DNA from: Burkholderiaceae bacterium
Lineage (GTDB): Bacteria > Pseudomonadota > Gammaproteobacteria > Burkholderiales > Burkholderiaceae
DNA: 64,000 nucleotides
NCBI GenBank assembly: GCA_947450225.1
Contig: CANFUO010000003.1
Location: 1,633 to 65,632 of the forward strand
Direction: 5' to 3'
A program made the position numbers and the translations under genes. A model generated the notes under the pieces. That model searched no databases. It was not told the origin of the DNA and was given only the letters and a program-made list of their open reading frames with translations. This document shows positions 31,878 to 44,267 of this stretch, one piece after another (position 1 is the first letter of the stretch; every line of letters begins with the position of its first letter).

Positions 31878-33173
31878 ATGACTTCATTACACGATTTGCA
31901 TATTAACCCTTTAATACTTGCTAATTTGAATGGCTCTAATTGGCATTTGCAAGATTATGTGGCGCGCGGCGGATATGCCTCTTTAAGAAAAATTATTGAA
32001 GATAAATTACCTCAAGATCAAGTGATTGCTACAGTTAAAGCATCTGGTTTAAGAGGGCGCGGGGGAGCGGGTTTCCCGACAGGTTTGAAGTGGAGTTTTA
32101 TGCCACGTCAATTACCTGGTGATAAATATTTGGTTTGCAACTCAGATGAGGGGGAGCCGGGCACTTTTAAAGACCGTGACATTTTGCGCTATAACCCGCA
32201 TGCTCTTATTGAAGGAATGACCATTGCAGCTTATGCGATGGGCATACCCGTTGGATATAACTATATCCATGGTGAAATTTGGCGTGAATATGAAATCTTT
32301 GAGCAGGCTTTAGAAGAAGCGCGCGCTGCTGGATATTTGGGCGACAAGATCATGGGCTCAGATTTTTCATTTGAGTTACATGCACACCATGGCTATGGAG
32401 CTTATATCTGTGGAGAAGAGACAGCATTGCTTGAGTCCTTGGAGGGTAAAAAGGGTCAGCCACGTTTTAAACCGCCATTCCCAGCGAGTTTTGGCTTGTA
32501 TGGAAAACCCACGACCATTAACAACACTGAAACTTTTGCGGCAGTGCCATTTATTTTCTCAATCGGCGCTGATAATTATGCAAAGTTAGGTAAACCTAAT
32601 AATGGCGGCACCAAAATATTCTCCATATCTGGAGATGTAGTGCGTCCTGGCAATTATGAGATTCCTCTTGGGACCTCATTTGCTAAGTTATTGGAATTAG
32701 CTGGAGGAATGCGTGACGGTAAGAAAATTAAAGCTGTTATTCCTGGTGGATCCTCTGCGCCAGTGATACCTGGTGAAATGATGTTAGCTACAGATATGGA
32801 CTATGACAGTATTGCTAAAGCTGGATCGATGTTAGGTTCTGGAGCAGTGATTGTGATGGATGAGACGCGCTGTATGGTGAAGTCTTTATTGAGACTATCT
32901 TACTTTTACCATGAAGAATCTTGTGGACAATGCACCCCTTGTCGAGAGGGGACCGGATGGTTGTGGCGGATGGTCAATCGCATTGAACACGGGCAGGGAC
33001 GTCCTGAAGATTTAGATTTACTCAATGATGTTGCTGGCAACATCATGGGAAGAACCATTTGCGCCTTAGGTGACGCCGCGGCTATGCCTGTTCGGGGTAT
33101 GCTCAAGCATTACATGAGTGAATTTGTATATCACGTCGAGAACAAACGTTGTTTAGTTCCGCAGTACGTTTAA
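31878..33173 (+). CDS. nuoF: NADH-quinone oxidoreductase subunit F
   Basis: 431 aa with the FMN/NADH site [27 protein letters not shown] and the 4Fe-4S motif [12 protein letters not shown]. Confidence 0.97.
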   Translation: MTSLHDLHINPLILANLNGSNWHLQDYVARGGYASLRKIIEDKLPQDQVIATVKASGLRGRGGAGFPTGLKWSFMPRQLPGDKYLVCNSDEGEPGTFKDRDILRYNPHALIEGMTIAAYAMGIPVGYNYIHGEIWREYEIFEQALEEARAAGYLGDKIMGSDFSFELHAHHGYGAYICGEETALLESLEGKKGQPRFKPPFPASFGLYGKPTTINNTETFAAVPFIFSIGADNYAKLGKPNNGGTKIFSISGDVVRPGNYEIPLGTSFAKLLELAGGMRDGKKIKAVIPGGSSAPVIPGEMMLATDMDYDSIAKAGSMLGSGAVIVMDETRCMVKSLLRLSYFYHEESCGQCTPCREGTGWLWRMVNRIEHGQGRPEDLDLLNDVAGNIMGRTICALGDAAAMPVRGMLKHYMSEFVYHVENKRCLVPQYV

Positions 33174-33201
33174 TTATTTAAGATCAAGGTGAGTAAGAAG
33201 A

Positions 33202-35511
33202 ATGGTTGAAATTGAGATTGATGGCAGATTAGTCGAAGTCAAAGAAGGCTCAACGGTCATTCAAGCCGCGCAAAGTATTGGCACGTATATTCCCCATTTT
33301 TGTTATCACAAGAAGTTATCAATTGCGGCTAACTGCAGAATGTGTTTAGTTGAAGTTGAAAAAGCACCTAAGCCAGTACCAGCATGCGCGACCCCCGTTA
33401 ACAAGGGCATGAAGATTTTTACGCGGTCTGAAAAAGCAATTAGTGCCCAAAAATCTGTCATGGAGTTTTTACTCATTAATCATCCTTTAGATTGTCCAAT
33501 ATGTGATCAAGGTGGAGAGTGTCAATTACAAGATTTAACGATGGGCTATGGAAAGTCAAGCTCACGATATCAAGAAGAAAAAAGAGTTGTTTTCCATAAG
33601 AATGTGGGCCCACTGATTTCTATGGAAGAAATGAGTCGCTGTATCCATTGCACAAGATGCGTACGTTTTGGACAAGAAATTGCTGGCGTGATGGAACTTG
33701 GCATGCTTGGACGAGGTGAGCACTCAGAAATCACCTCATTTGTTGGCCAAACAGTGGACTCGGAAATGTCTGGAAACATGATTGATATTTGCCCGGTGGG
33801 AGCGTTAACAAGCAAACCATTTAGATACGCAGCGAGAACCTGGGAATTAGGTAGGAAAAAATCGCTTAGCCCACATGATTCAATGGGAAGTAATACGATT
33901 GTGCAAACCAAATCAGAGCGTGTGATGCGCGTTGTGCCTCTTGAGAACGAGGCAATTAATGAATGTTGGATATCTGATAAAGATCGCTACTCCTATGAAG
34001 GATTAAATAGTGAAGATCGTCTACAACAGCCTTTAATTAAACAAAATGGTGAGTGGATTGAGACAGATTGGCAGTCAGCGCTAGAGTATGTTGCTAGTGG
34101 GTTATCTGGCGTGAAAGCTGACCATGGAGTGCAATCAATCGCTGCAATAGCCCATCCGATGACAAGCGTTGAAGAGTTATTTTTATTACAAAAATTAGTT
34201 AAAGAATTAGGCTCTAACTTTATTGAAACCCGTTTGCGACAAGTAGATCCTGTAAACGATCTCACAGCACCATGGTTAGGGCGACCTATTGCGGAACTAG
34301 AAAAGTTGGACAGGGCTTTAGTGGTAGGTAGTTTCTTCAGAAAAGATCATCCTTTATTAGCCACTCGTTTACGTAAAGCAGCAAAAGCCGGCTTGCAACT
34401 TATGCGCCTTGATAGTGGCGCAGATCAATGGTTGATACCAGCACAAGCGATTGCACTTGCACCTTCAAAATGGTTGAGCGAGCTTCAGTCGATTGCCATG
34501 GAGATCGCAAAGGCTCAATCAGTTAATCTGCCATTTAATATCACCAGCACTTCAGAACAAGCAAAAGTATTTGCACAGTTACTATTAAGTGGCGAACAGA
34601 AATCGATCTTCATAGGCAATACTGCATTAGCGCATCCACAAGCGAGTCAAATCATTGCATGGTCACAGTGGATTGCTGATCAAACAGGTGCACAACTTGG
34701 ATTTTTGGGGGAGGGAGCTAATTTTGTTGGATCAACATTAGTTGGTGCAACTTCTTCGGGAATCAATACCCTGTTAGATGGCAGTAAAAAGGCCGTTGTC
34801 TTATATCAAGTAGAACCCCTTGCCGATTTACCAAACCCTGTTCTAGCTCAAGCAGCATTATTAAAAGCGCAAACCGTGATTGCGGTGAGCTCATTTATAT
34901 CGGATGATTTACTTGATTTGGCGGATGTGATATTGCCAATAACGCCATACTCTGAGCAAGCTGGGACATACATTAATATTGTTGGTGATATGCAGACAGT
35001 ACAAGCATCCGTTCGTCCTCTTGGACAAGCCCGTCCGGGATGGAAGGTATTGCGAGTATTAGGAGACTTACTCAAATTAGATGGTTTTCAATTCAACGCA
35101 GTTGATGAAGTTACCAATGCTGCTTTAGGTGGACTAAATGTAACGACAGCACTTTCAAATCGAACACAAACCACACTTGAAATGGGGCCAGCGTCCATGA
35201 GTATGGATATTGAAAGAGTTGCTGACCTAGCCAGTTACTTTACTGACCCTATTGTACGAAGAGCGCAATCCTTACATCTCACTGTAGATAGCAAAAATGC
35301 ACATAGGGCAGGAATTCCTAGTGGATTATTTGAACAGTTACAGTTAAAAGAAGGTGACGCAATCAAGGTTTCTCAAGGCGAACATTTTGTTGTACTGCCT
35401 GCTACATTACAAAAAGGATTAGCACAAGGCGTAGTCAGAATTGCAAGTGGGACACCTGCTAGTGCGCTTTTAGGAGATTCTTTTGGCCCTTTAGTCGTGG
35501 AGCGTGCTTGA
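33202..35511 (+). CDS. nuoG: NADH-quinone oxidoreductase subunit G
   Basis: 769 aa with N-terminal 2Fe-2S (CRMCLVEV) and 4Fe-4S motifs ([24 protein letters not shown]). Confidence 0.96.
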   Translation: MVEIEIDGRLVEVKEGSTVIQAAQSIGTYIPHFCYHKKLSIAANCRMCLVEVEKAPKPVPACATPVNKGMKIFTRSEKAISAQKSVMEFLLINHPLDCPICDQGGECQLQDLTMGYGKSSSRYQEEKRVVFHKNVGPLISMEEMSRCIHCTRCVRFGQEIAGVMELGMLGRGEHSEITSFVGQTVDSEMSGNMIDICPVGALTSKPFRYAARTWELGRKKSLSPHDSMGSNTIVQTKSERVMRVVPLENEAINECWISDKDRYSYEGLNSEDRLQQPLIKQNGEWIETDWQSALEYVASGLSGVKADHGVQSIAAIAHPMTSVEELFLLQKLVKELGSNFIETRLRQVDPVNDLTAPWLGRPIAELEKLDRALVVGSFFRKDHPLLATRLRKAAKAGLQLMRLDSGADQWLIPAQAIALAPSKWLSELQSIAMEIAKAQSVNLPFNITSTSEQAKVFAQLLLSGEQKSIFIGNTALAHPQASQIIAWSQWIADQTGAQLGFLGEGANFVGSTLVGATSSGINTLLDGSKKAVVLYQVEPLADLPNPVLAQAALLKAQTVIAVSSFISDDLLDLADVILPITPYSEQAGTYINIVGDMQTVQASVRPLGQARPGWKVLRVLGDLLKLDGFQFNAVDEVTNAALGGLNVTTALSNRTQTTLEMGPASMSMDIERVADLASYFTDPIVRRAQSLHLTVDSKNAHRAGIPSGLFEQLQLKEGDAIKVSQGEHFVVLPATLQKGLAQGVVRIASGTPASALLGDSFGPLVVERA

Positions 35512-35512
35512 C

Positions 35513-36577
35513 ATGATTGAAACAATAACAACTCAAGGTGAAGCATTCTTTGGTCCAGCATGGCCAGTGATATGGGCACTAGTGCGAATCGTCATTATTG
35601 TTCTGCCGATGTTTGGATGTGTTGCGTACCTTACTTTATGGGAACGTAAATTAATTGGTTGGATGCATACACGGTTGGGGCCAAATCGTGTAGGTCCGTT
35701 AGGTTTATTGCAGCCGATTGCAGACGCACTTAAGCTCTTATTAAAAGAAGTGATTCAACCGATTCGCGCCAATAAGGTACTTTTTATCGTTGGGCCTGTT
35801 ATGGTGATTGCACCAGCATTTGCCGCATGGGCGGTAGTACCTTTTCAAGATGGCATGGTACTTGCTGATGTCAATGCAGGGTTGTTATATGTTATGGCAA
35901 TTACCTCGGTGGGTGTTTATGGGGTTATCTTGGCAGGGTGGGCATCTAACTCTAAATATGCATTCCTTGGTGCGATGCGAGCCTCTGCGCAAATGGTGTC
36001 ATATGAAATCGCGATGGGATTTGCTTTGGTCACCGTATTGATGATCACCGGCTCCTTAAACCTAGGTGATATTGTTAAATCACAATCGCAAGGCTTTTTT
36101 GCCTCTCATGGGATTAATTTCTTATCCTGGAATTGGTTGCCACTACTCCCCATGTTTGTCATTTACTTTATATCTGGAGTAGCGGAAACGAACCGCCATC
36201 CATTTGACGTAGTAGAAGGTGAGTCTGAGATTGTGGCGGGTCACATGATTGAATATTCAGGAATGGCTTTTGCGATGTTCTTCTTAGCTGAGTATGCCAA
36301 CATGATCTTGATTACAACCATGTGCGCTACATTATTCTTGGGTGGTTGGTTGCCAATACTTGATTTACCCATCTTAAGAGACATTCCAGGATTCTTTTGG
36401 TTATTTGCTAAAACCTTCATACTTTTATCAGTATTTATATGGTTACGAGCATCATTACCCCGGTACCGTTATGACCAGATTATGCGCTTAGGTTGGAAAG
36501 TATTTATTCCATTATCCGTATTTTGGGTAGTGGTTGTTGGCGCATGGATTGTTTCCCCATGGAGTGTTTGGAAATAA
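35513..36577 (+). CDS. nuoH: NADH-quinone oxidoreductase subunit H
   Basis: Motif [21 protein letters not shown], multi-TM. The ATG at 35513 follows the nuoG TGA by 1 nt. The ORF-track GTG start at 35504 overlaps nuoG. Confidence 0.95.
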   Translation: MIETITTQGEAFFGPAWPVIWALVRIVIIVLPMFGCVAYLTLWERKLIGWMHTRLGPNRVGPLGLLQPIADALKLLLKEVIQPIRANKVLFIVGPVMVIAPAFAAWAVVPFQDGMVLADVNAGLLYVMAITSVGVYGVILAGWASNSKYAFLGAMRASAQMVSYEIAMGFALVTVLMITGSLNLGDIVKSQSQGFFASHGINFLSWNWLPLLPMFVIYFISGVAETNRHPFDVVEGESEIVAGHMIEYSGMAFAMFFLAEYANMILITTMCATLFLGGWLPILDLPILRDIPGFFWLFAKTFILLSVFIWLRASLPRYRYDQIMRLGWKVFIPLSVFWVVVVGAWIVSPWSVWK

Positions 36578-36604
36578 TGAACCTTTACACAACAGGAATT
36601 ACTT

Positions 36605-37096
36605 ATGTTAAATAATGTCCGTGAATTTTTAAACAGCTTACTTCTTAAAGAAGTGTTTAAGGGTATGAGTCTTACAGGTCGTTATTTGTTTGCGCCTAAA
36701 ACCACAGTTCAATACCCCGAAGAAAAAACACCAATGTCACCTCGCTTTAGAGGATTACATGCATTGCGTCGATATCCGAATGGAGAAGAGCGCTGTATTG
36801 CTTGCAAAATGTGTGAAGCAGTGTGCCCCGCTATGGCGATTACCATTGAATCTGATTTAAGAGAAGACGGCACGCGCCGCACATCACGATATGACATTGA
36901 TTTAACTAAATGTATATTCTGTGGTTTTTGTGAAGAAGCCTGTCCAGTCGATGCCATTGTAGAGACCCATATCCATGAGTATCACGGCGAGAAGCGTGGG
37001 GATTTGTACTTTACAAAAGACATGTTACTAGCAGTTGGTGATCAGTTTGAAAAAGAAATTGCCACGAACAAAGCTGCCGACGCAAAGTATCGCTAA
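36605..37096 (+). CDS. nuoI: NADH-quinone oxidoreductase subunit I
   Basis: 163 aa with two 4Fe-4S ferredoxin motifs ([12 protein letters not shown] and [12 protein letters not shown]). Confidence 0.96.
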   Translation: MLNNVREFLNSLLLKEVFKGMSLTGRYLFAPKTTVQYPEEKTPMSPRFRGLHALRRYPNGEERCIACKMCEAVCPAMAITIESDLREDGTRRTSRYDIDLTKCIFCGFCEEACPVDAIVETHIHEYHGEKRGDLYFTKDMLLAVGDQFEKEIATNKAADAKYR

Positions 37097-37106
37097 GAAT
37101 AAATTT

Positions 37107-37736
37107 ATGAATATTAATCCAACTTTATTATTTTTTTACGGCTTTGCTGCAGTGCTAGTTATTTCAGCGCTGAAAGTCATTACCGCCAAAAACCCAGTAC
37201 ATGCTGCCTTGTTTTTAGTTTTGGCATTTTTTAATGCAGCGGGCATCTGGATGTTATTAGAGGCGGAGTTTTTATCAATAGCACTCATACTGGTGTATGT
37301 TGGAGCTGTTATGGTCTTATTCCTATTTGTGGTGATGATGTTAGATTTAGATATAGAGCATTTACGAAGTCAGTTTAAACAATTTATACCGGTGGCATCC
37401 TTGGTTGGAGCTCTGATAGTTGCAGAGATGACTTTGGTGTTGGTAAGAGGCTTTGTTGGAACGGTTAACCCGCTACCAAAACAAACACCGGAAGGTGAGA
37501 GTAATTCCATGAGTCTTGGAAAGATGATTTATGGCGATTATGTATTTAATTTCGAAATTGCTGGAATTATATTGTTGGTGGCAATTGTTGCTGCAGTAGC
37601 ACTGACGCTCCGTCGCCGCAAAGACCATAAAACGCAAGACATTGCAGCGCAAATTCGCGTCAAACCTGCTGATCGAATTCGGATTGTTTCGATGGAATCA
37701 GAAAACGACCACCGTCAGACTGGGAAAAAATCATGA
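37107..37736 (+). CDS. nuoJ: NADH-quinone oxidoreductase subunit J
   Basis: About 209 aa from the ATG at 37107 ([17 protein letters not shown]), multi-TM. The ORF-track start at 37035 overlaps nuoI. Confidence 0.92.
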   Translation: MNINPTLLFFYGFAAVLVISALKVITAKNPVHAALFLVLAFFNAAGIWMLLEAEFLSIALILVYVGAVMVLFLFVVMMLDLDIEHLRSQFKQFIPVASLVGALIVAEMTLVLVRGFVGTVNPLPKQTPEGESNSMSLGKMIYGDYVFNFEIAGIILLVAIVAAVALTLRRRKDHKTQDIAAQIRVKPADRIRIVSMESENDHRQTGKKS

Positions 37737-38038
37737 TCACATTGGCCCACTATTTAGTCTTGGCGGCGATGTTGTTTGCCATTGGTATTATTGGTATCTT
37801 TTTAAATCGTAAGAACATCATTGTTTTGTTGATGTCGATTGAACTCATGTTGCTTGCTGTTAATACTAATTTCATCGCATTTTCCCATTACTTAGGTGAC
37901 ATGCTAGGTCAAGTATTTGTCTTCTTTATTTTGACCGTAGCAGCAGCTGAAGCGGCGATTGGATTAGCGATCTTAGTGATTCTGTTCCGTAGTAGTGATA
38001 CGGTCAGTACAGAAGATCTTGGACAGTTAAAAGGTTAA
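37733..38038 (+). CDS. nuoK: NADH-quinone oxidoreductase subunit K
   Basis: 101 aa, 3 TM, with conserved [21 protein letters not shown] overlap with nuoJ. Confidence 0.95.
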   Translation: MITLAHYLVLAAMLFAIGIIGIFLNRKNIIVLLMSIELMLLAVNTNFIAFSHYLGDMLGQVFVFFILTVAAAEAAIGLAILVILFRSSDTVSTEDLGQLKG

Positions 38039-38062
38039 TAGGGCTACCCCACAGAAAACATC

Positions 38063-40102
38063 ATGACGTCAACTTTAAATCCCAACCTATTAATATTGAT
38101 CCCACTTGCACCATTATTTGGCGCAATGCTGACTGGTTTTTTTGGAACCCGGTTTATGGGTAATCATTTGAGCCGAACAACTTGCCACCGTATTGCTATT
38201 TTAGGAGTGGCGATTGCTTGTGGATTATCTATTTATGTATTAACGCAGGTGATGGCTGGCGCGCGCTTTAATGGCAACATTTATGAATGGATGCGCTTTG
38301 GCGATGAGTTGATTTTACCGATTGGATTTTTAATTGATCCACTATCAGCCATGATGATGGTCGTCGTGACATTTGTATCCCTCATGGTTCATATTTATAC
38401 CATTGGCTATATGCACGAAGATGAGGGTTATAACCGCTTCTTTTCCTACATTTCGCTGTTCACTTTCGCGATGTTGATGTTAGTCATGAGTAATAACTTC
38501 TTGCAACTCTTCTTTGGATGGGAAGCGGTGGGATTGGTTTCTTATTTGTTAATTGGCTTTTGGTATACGAAGCCAACTGCTATTTTTGCCAACATGAAAG
38601 CATTTTTAGTTAATCGCGTTGGTGATTTTGGATTTATTCTTGGGATTGGACTGATCTTTGCTAATACTGGAACTTTGGATTACCAGAGTGCCTTTGGACA
38701 AGTAGAAAATATTGCAGCCCAAACACTTCCCGGCACAACTTGGGGGCTGATGACAGTTACTTGCATATGTTTATTTATTGGAGCGATGGGTAAGTCTGCG
38801 CAATTTCCATTACATGTATGGTTGCCAGACTCCATGGAAGGACCGACACCCATTTCTGCATTGATTCACGCTGCGACCATGGTCACAGCCGGTATTTTTA
38901 TGGTTTCAAGAATGTCACCATTCTTTGAGTTATCGGACACAGCCCTATCATTTATCTTAATCATTGGCTCAATTACGGCATTGTTTATGGGCTTTTTAGG
39001 GATTGTGCAAACGGATATTAAGCGAGTTGTTGCGTATTCAACACTATCTCAATTAGGTTATATGACAGTAGCACTCGGCGTATCTGCTTACCCGGTTGCT
39101 ATCTTCCATTTAATGACCCATGCTTTCTTTAAAGCCTTACTATTTTTAGGCGCCGGAAGCGTGATTATGGGCATGCACCATGACCAAGATATGCGCAACA
39201 TGGGTGGATTAAGAAAGTACATGCCTATTACATGGATAACATCACTGATCGGAAGCTTAGCCTTGATTGGTACACCTTTCTTTTCAGGATTCTATTCGAA
39301 AGACTCCATTATCGAAGCCGTAGCTGAAAGCCATATTTATGGATCAGGATTTGCGTATTTTGCAGTGATGGTTGGTGTATTTGTCACAGCGTTTTATTCT
39401 TTTAGAATGTACTTTTTAGTCTTTCATGGCAAAGAGAGGTTTGGTCAAGCCCACGATGACCACCATCACGACCATCATGAAGAACATCACGGTTTAGCGC
39501 CAGGTCAAAAGCCTCATGAATCACCATGGGTGGTTACACTGCCATTGATTTTATTGGCGATACCTTCCGTATTTATTGGTTATCTTGCTATTGAGCCTAT
39601 GTTGTTCGGTGGATTTTTTGATGGCTCAATCGCTATCGATTTAAATGAACACCCAGCAATGGAAGAATTGGAGAGTGCTTTCCATGGCGCATTTAATATG
39701 GCGATACATTCCTTAACGTCTCCTGTTTTATGGCTTGCTATAGGTGGGGTAGTAATGGCAGCGATTTTCTATTTAGTTAAACCCGAGATTCCTGCTAAGC
39801 TTGCGCAAATCTTTGCACCGCTGAAGAAAGTGTTGGATAACAAATATTATTTAGATGACTTGAATCAAGCAGTATTTGGACGTGGCGCACAAATCCTCGG
39901 CAATGGATTTTGGAAGGGTGGCGATCAAGCCGCCATTGACGGATTCATCGTTAACGGCAGCGCCAAAGTGGTTGACTGGCTCTCTAAATTAGTACGACAT
40001 TTTCAATCCGGATATTTATATCACTACGCATTTGCCATGATTATTGGTGTAGTTGGTTTAATTGCATGGATTCTTTTCACCCATCTAGGTTCAATTCAAT
40101 AA
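38063..40102 (+). CDS. nuoL: NADH-quinone oxidoreductase subunit L
   Basis: 679 aa antiporter-like subunit (GWEAVGLVSYLLIGFW, KSAQFPLHVWLPD.MEGPTP.SALIHAATMV). Confidence 0.96.
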   Translation: MTSTLNPNLLILIPLAPLFGAMLTGFFGTRFMGNHLSRTTCHRIAILGVAIACGLSIYVLTQVMAGARFNGNIYEWMRFGDELILPIGFLIDPLSAMMMVVVTFVSLMVHIYTIGYMHEDEGYNRFFSYISLFTFAMLMLVMSNNFLQLFFGWEAVGLVSYLLIGFWYTKPTAIFANMKAFLVNRVGDFGFILGIGLIFANTGTLDYQSAFGQVENIAAQTLPGTTWGLMTVTCICLFIGAMGKSAQFPLHVWLPDSMEGPTPISALIHAATMVTAGIFMVSRMSPFFELSDTALSFILIIGSITALFMGFLGIVQTDIKRVVAYSTLSQLGYMTVALGVSAYPVAIFHLMTHAFFKALLFLGAGSVIMGMHHDQDMRNMGGLRKYMPITWITSLIGSLALIGTPFFSGFYSKDSIIEAVAESHIYGSGFAYFAVMVGVFVTAFYSFRMYFLVFHGKERFGQAHDDHHHDHHEEHHGLAPGQKPHESPWVVTLPLILLAIPSVFIGYLAIEPMLFGGFFDGSIAIDLNEHPAMEELESAFHGAFNMAIHSLTSPVLWLAIGGVVMAAIFYLVKPEIPAKLAQIFAPLKKVLDNKYYLDDLNQAVFGRGAQILGNGFWKGGDQAAIDGFIVNGSAKVVDWLSKLVRHFQSGYLYHYAFAMIIGVVGLIAWILFTHLGSIQ

Positions 40103-40112
40103 GCGGCCATTT

Positions 40113-41579
40113 ATGATTTTATCTTTAGCAATTTGGATGCCGATTGTGTTCGGATTAATTATTCTGGGCAGTGGTTCAGACACAAATAAAGCATATGTTC
40201 GGTGGATGTCTTTATTTGCCGCGACCTTGAGTTTTATTATTACTTTGCCACTAGTGATTGATTTTGATACTACTAATGCTGGTATGCAGTTTGTAGAAAC
40301 TATTCCCTGGGTAGCGCGCTATGACATGAACTATCTTTTAGGTGTAGATGGTATATCCGTATGGTTTGTCGTATTAACTGCTTTTATTACAGTGATTGTT
40401 GTTCTCGCAGGTTGGGAAGTGATACAAGATCGCGTTTCTCAATACATGGCGGCATTCCTCATCCTGTCTGGATTAATGATTGGCGTATTTTCCGCGTTAG
40501 ATGGCTTATTATTCTATGTTTTCTTCGAAGCCACACTCATACCGATGTACATCATCATTGGCGTATGGGGTGGGAAGAATAGAATTTACGCCGCTTTTAA
40601 GTTTTTCCTGTACACATTACTTGGGTCATTATTGACGCTGATTGCAATCTTGTATCTTTATAACGCAACTGACTCATTTAATATATTAGAGTGGCACCGT
40701 GCGCAACTCAGCTTTAAAGAACAAATACTGTTGTTCTTTGCCTTCTTAATGGCATTTGCAGTAAAAGTACCAATGTGGCCCGTCCATACTTGGTTACCGG
40801 ATGCTCACGTTGAGGCTCCAACAGGTGGCTCGATTGTTTTAGCAGCGATCATGTTAAAGCTAGGTGCTTATGGATTCTTAAGGTTTTCGTTGCCGATAGC
40901 ACCAGACGCTAGCTTATATTTAGGACCATTCATTATTACCCTGTCATTAATTGCGGTGATTTATGTCGGCTTAGTGGCGCTCGTACAAAAAGATATGAAA
41001 AAATTGGTGGCTTATTCATCGATTGCCCACATGGGTTTTGTAACTCTTGGATTTTTTATCTTTAATCAGATGGGACTAGAGGGCGGTATCATTCAAATGA
41101 TCTCTCATGGATTTATATCTGGAGCTATGTTCTTCTCGATTGGTGTCTTATATGACAGGATGCATACCCGTGAAATAGCCCACTACGGTGGCGTAGTCAA
41201 TAAGATGCCACGATTTACAGTATTTGCAGTGTTATTTGCGATGGCCAATTGCGGTTTACCTGCAACGTCTGGATTCATTGGCGAGTTCATGGTGATTTTA
41301 GGCGCAATTGACTATGACTTCACTATAGGATTATTGGCCTCTACAGCATTAATACTTGGAGCGGCATATTCACTATGGATGACCAAGCGGGTATTTTTTG
41401 GTGCGGTGACTAATGACGAAGTAGCGCATTTAACGGATATTAATGCACGAGAATATCTCATTCTTGGAATATTAGCGATATTAACGATTGGTATGGGGGT
41501 TTATCCAAAGCCATTTACGGATATTATTCATCCAGCGGCTCTTGAATTACTCAAGCACGTTGCCATGACTAAGATATAA
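40113..41579 (+). CDS. nuoM: NADH-quinone oxidoreductase subunit M
   Basis: 488 aa antiporter-like subunit (VKVPMWPVHTWLPDAHVEAPT.GS..LA). Confidence 0.96.
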   Translation: MILSLAIWMPIVFGLIILGSGSDTNKAYVRWMSLFAATLSFIITLPLVIDFDTTNAGMQFVETIPWVARYDMNYLLGVDGISVWFVVLTAFITVIVVLAGWEVIQDRVSQYMAAFLILSGLMIGVFSALDGLLFYVFFEATLIPMYIIIGVWGGKNRIYAAFKFFLYTLLGSLLTLIAILYLYNATDSFNILEWHRAQLSFKEQILLFFAFLMAFAVKVPMWPVHTWLPDAHVEAPTGGSIVLAAIMLKLGAYGFLRFSLPIAPDASLYLGPFIITLSLIAVIYVGLVALVQKDMKKLVAYSSIAHMGFVTLGFFIFNQMGLEGGIIQMISHGFISGAMFFSIGVLYDRMHTREIAHYGGVVNKMPRFTVFAVLFAMANCGLPATSGFIGEFMVILGAIDYDFTIGLLASTALILGAAYSLWMTKRVFFGAVTNDEVAHLTDINAREYLILGILAILTIGMGVYPKPFTDIIHPAALELLKHVAMTKI

Positions 41580-41594
41580 AGAACTGGAACTAGC

Positions 41595-43079
41595 ATGCAA
41601 GCAATCGATCTTATTGAAATTTTCCCCGAGTTAATATTATTACTCGTGATTTGTTTTATCTTGTTAGTGACACCTTTTCTTAAAGAGACAGAGGTCAACG
41701 ATGAGGATGTGTTTTTCACGCCATCAGCAGCTGGTGTTGCCTATCAAATCACTATTTTGACTTTATTAGGTTTGGCGATCATGTTTGCCATGCGGGTCGG
41801 TGATGCCCCATTAAGAATCATGAATGGTTTATATATCATTGATCCATTTTCGAATGTATTAAAAAGTGTATCTTCAATTGCAGTGATGATTACACTCATC
41901 TATTCCAAGCAGTACTTGATGGATCGTCAGCTCTTTAGAACAGACTACATGGCATTGGTTTTATTGGCTTTACTAGGCCAGTTTGTTATGATTTCTGGCG
42001 CTAATATGCTTACGCTGTACTTAGGACTTGAGTTATTGGCCTTATCTACATACACATTAACAGCGATGCGACCTAATTATCCAAGAGGTATTGAGGCTGG
42101 TATGAAATATTTCATCTTGGGCGCTTTATCCTCTGGATTTTTGTTGTACGGCATGTCGATGATTTACGGCGCCACAGGATCATTAGACCTTGATGATATT
42201 TTACGCACAACGACAAATGATGCAGTGATGCGCCTAGTCCTATCTTTTGGAATCGTGTTTTTGTTAGCTGGTTTAGCGTTTAAATTAGGCGCTGCACCAT
42301 TTCATATGTGGGTTCCAGATGTTTATGATGGCGCACCAACATCAGTGACATTATTAATTGGCGGAGCACCTAAAATTGCAGCCTTTGCGATCACGTTTAG
42401 ATTACTTGTGGGCGGACTGCAGCCCCTTGATATTGATTGGCAACCGATACTTATCTTTTTAGCGGTCACATCTTTGATTGTTGGCAACTTAACCGCCATT
42501 GCACAAACGAATATTAAACGGATGTTGGCATATTCAACGATCTCTCATATGGGCTTTATGTTACTTGGGTTTTTGTGCGTATACGACGAGCTTGCCTATA
42601 GTGCTGCGTTCTTCTATTCGATTACCTATGTCTTGTCTACACTAGGCACATTTGGGATGCTCATGGTGTTGTCAAAAAAAGGTTTTGAATGTGAGACGAT
42701 TGAAGACCTTAAAGGACTTAATCGTCGCAGCCCATTGTTGGCATTTATCATGTTGTTATTGATGTTCTCACTCGCTGGCATACCGCCAACGGTAGGTTTT
42801 ATTGCAAAATTATCAATCTTAGATTCTTTAGTGGATGCAGGATATTTAGGACTAGCTATCTTCGCTGTGATGGCATCTTTAGTTGGCGCATTTTATTATT
42901 TGCGCGTTGTAAAAACGATGTATTTTGAAGAGCCAACTGACAATAGTTTGATTCTTGGACAGGGTTTTGCAAAAAGCATATTAACCATCAATGGACTCTT
43001 TATTCTGTTAGCTGGAATATTCCCGGCATTCTTAACAGCATTGTGTTTAAGTGCAATGCGTATTTCCTTGCAGGGCTAA
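41595..43079 (+). CDS. nuoN: NADH-quinone oxidoreductase subunit N
   Basis: 494 aa antiporter-like subunit ([21 protein letters not shown]). Last gene of the nuo series. Confidence 0.95.
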   Translation: MQAIDLIEIFPELILLLVICFILLVTPFLKETEVNDEDVFFTPSAAGVAYQITILTLLGLAIMFAMRVGDAPLRIMNGLYIIDPFSNVLKSVSSIAVMITLIYSKQYLMDRQLFRTDYMALVLLALLGQFVMISGANMLTLYLGLELLALSTYTLTAMRPNYPRGIEAGMKYFILGALSSGFLLYGMSMIYGATGSLDLDDILRTTTNDAVMRLVLSFGIVFLLAGLAFKLGAAPFHMWVPDVYDGAPTSVTLLIGGAPKIAAFAITFRLLVGGLQPLDIDWQPILIFLAVTSLIVGNLTAIAQTNIKRMLAYSTISHMGFMLLGFLCVYDELAYSAAFFYSITYVLSTLGTFGMLMVLSKKGFECETIEDLKGLNRRSPLLAFIMLLLMFSLAGIPPTVGFIAKLSILDSLVDAGYLGLAIFAVMASLVGAFYYLRVVKTMYFEEPTDNSLILGQGFAKSILTINGLFILLAGIFPAFLTALCLSAMRISLQG

Positions 43080-43678
43080 TGTCAGAACGCTTTCCTGAAA
43101 TACCCAATTTTGCTGATCTTCCTGTTGGCGACACGCACCTCGCAGAAAAAACACTGACATCTAAACAGGTTTACGAAGGCTACTATTTAAAGCTGATTCA
43201 AGATCAAGTACAGTTACCTAATGGTGAAACAGCAGGCAGAGAGTATTTGATTCATCCTGGGGCAGTTGCGATTGTGCCAGTGTTGCCAGATGGCAGAATC
43301 TTACTTGAGCGGCAGTATCGATACCCACTACATCAAGCCTTCATTGAAATACCCGCAGGTAAACTCGATTTTGGCGAAGATCCTCTCGAATGTGCCAAGA
43401 GAGAATTAGAAGAAGAGACAGGATGCATCGCGAATAGTTGGGAATTGTTGGGTAAGATTCACCCCATTATTTCGCATTCAACAGAGTTTATTGATATTTA
43501 CCTGGCTAAAGACTTACGTATGCACAAAGCCAATCTTGATGAGGGCGAGTTTTTAGATATATTTGGCGCTTCTTTAGCAGAAATACACAATTGGATTAAA
43601 GAAGGCAAAATAACTGACGTTAAAACTATTATCAGCTTCTATTGGATGCAAGAGCGTCACTTAGATTCTTGTAAATAA
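43079..43678 (+). CDS. NUDIX hydrolase (ADP-ribose pyrophosphatase-like)
   Basis: Nudix box GKLDFGEDPLECAKRELEEETGC. The ATG at 43079 overlaps the nuoN TAA (TAATG). The ORF-track start at 43043 is an in-gene extension. Confidence 0.88.
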   Translation: MSERFPEIPNFADLPVGDTHLAEKTLTSKQVYEGYYLKLIQDQVQLPNGETAGREYLIHPGAVAIVPVLPDGRILLERQYRYPLHQAFIEIPAGKLDFGEDPLECAKRELEEETGCIANSWELLGKIHPIISHSTEFIDIYLAKDLRMHKANLDEGEFLDIFGASLAEIHNWIKEGKITDVKTIISFYWMQERHLDSCK

Positions 43679-43758
43679 ATAAGTATTATTCTATTTTTTA
43701 GATAGAATATAAATTGGTGTCATAATTAATTGGAATTAACTGGTAATAATATAAAAAT

Positions 43759-44256
43759 ATGAAAGTCTACAATCTCGCTTGCCCCCTTAATCACCAATTT
43801 GAAGGTTGGTTTAGTTCTGAAGAGGATTTCACATCCCAAAAAGAACGGTCAGTCTTATGTTGTCCGATGTGTGACAGCCTAGAAATTGCACGTATGCCAT
43901 CTGCTCCTTATTTAGGGGGTAAAAATCATCATCACTCCACTATGGAGGCATTTGAAAAAGCAGCCCTTGATCTTCCTACAGCGAATGATGCGATGCATTT
44001 AAGCCCAGATCAAAAGTTGGTTTTTCAAGAAAAAATGCAAGCAATGATGTTGCAGGTCGTACGAGAAATTATGGAAAAAACGGAAAACGTTGGCGAATCA
44101 TTTGCAGAAGAGGCTCGCAAGATTCATTACAAGGAATCCCCTGAGAGAAGTATTCGTGGGGTAACTACGGTTGATGAAGCTGCAGAATTAATGGATGAGG
44201 GCATTGAAGTCTATTCGCTGCCTGTGCCACCATCACTCAAAACAACACTTCAGTAA
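43759..44256 (+). CDS. DUF1178-family protein (N-terminal zinc-ribbon-like)
   Basis: 165 aa. N-terminus MKVYNLACPLNHQFEGWF...CCPMCDS matches my memory of DUF1178 (C-x3-H ... C-P-x-C). Confidence 0.7.
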   Translation: MKVYNLACPLNHQFEGWFSSEEDFTSQKERSVLCCPMCDSLEIARMPSAPYLGGKNHHHSTMEAFEKAALDLPTANDAMHLSPDQKLVFQEKMQAMMLQVVREIMEKTENVGESFAEEARKIHYKESPERSIRGVTTVDEAAELMDEGIEVYSLPVPPSLKTTLQ

Positions 44257-44267
44257 ATGCGAAGAAT

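Noticed and set aside
43687-43709. Hairpin TATTCTAT-N7-ATAGAATA after the NUDIX gene, considered as a terminator.
   Set aside because: The stem is purely AT with no following T-run, so I kept it only as a note within the nuo-NUDIX finding.
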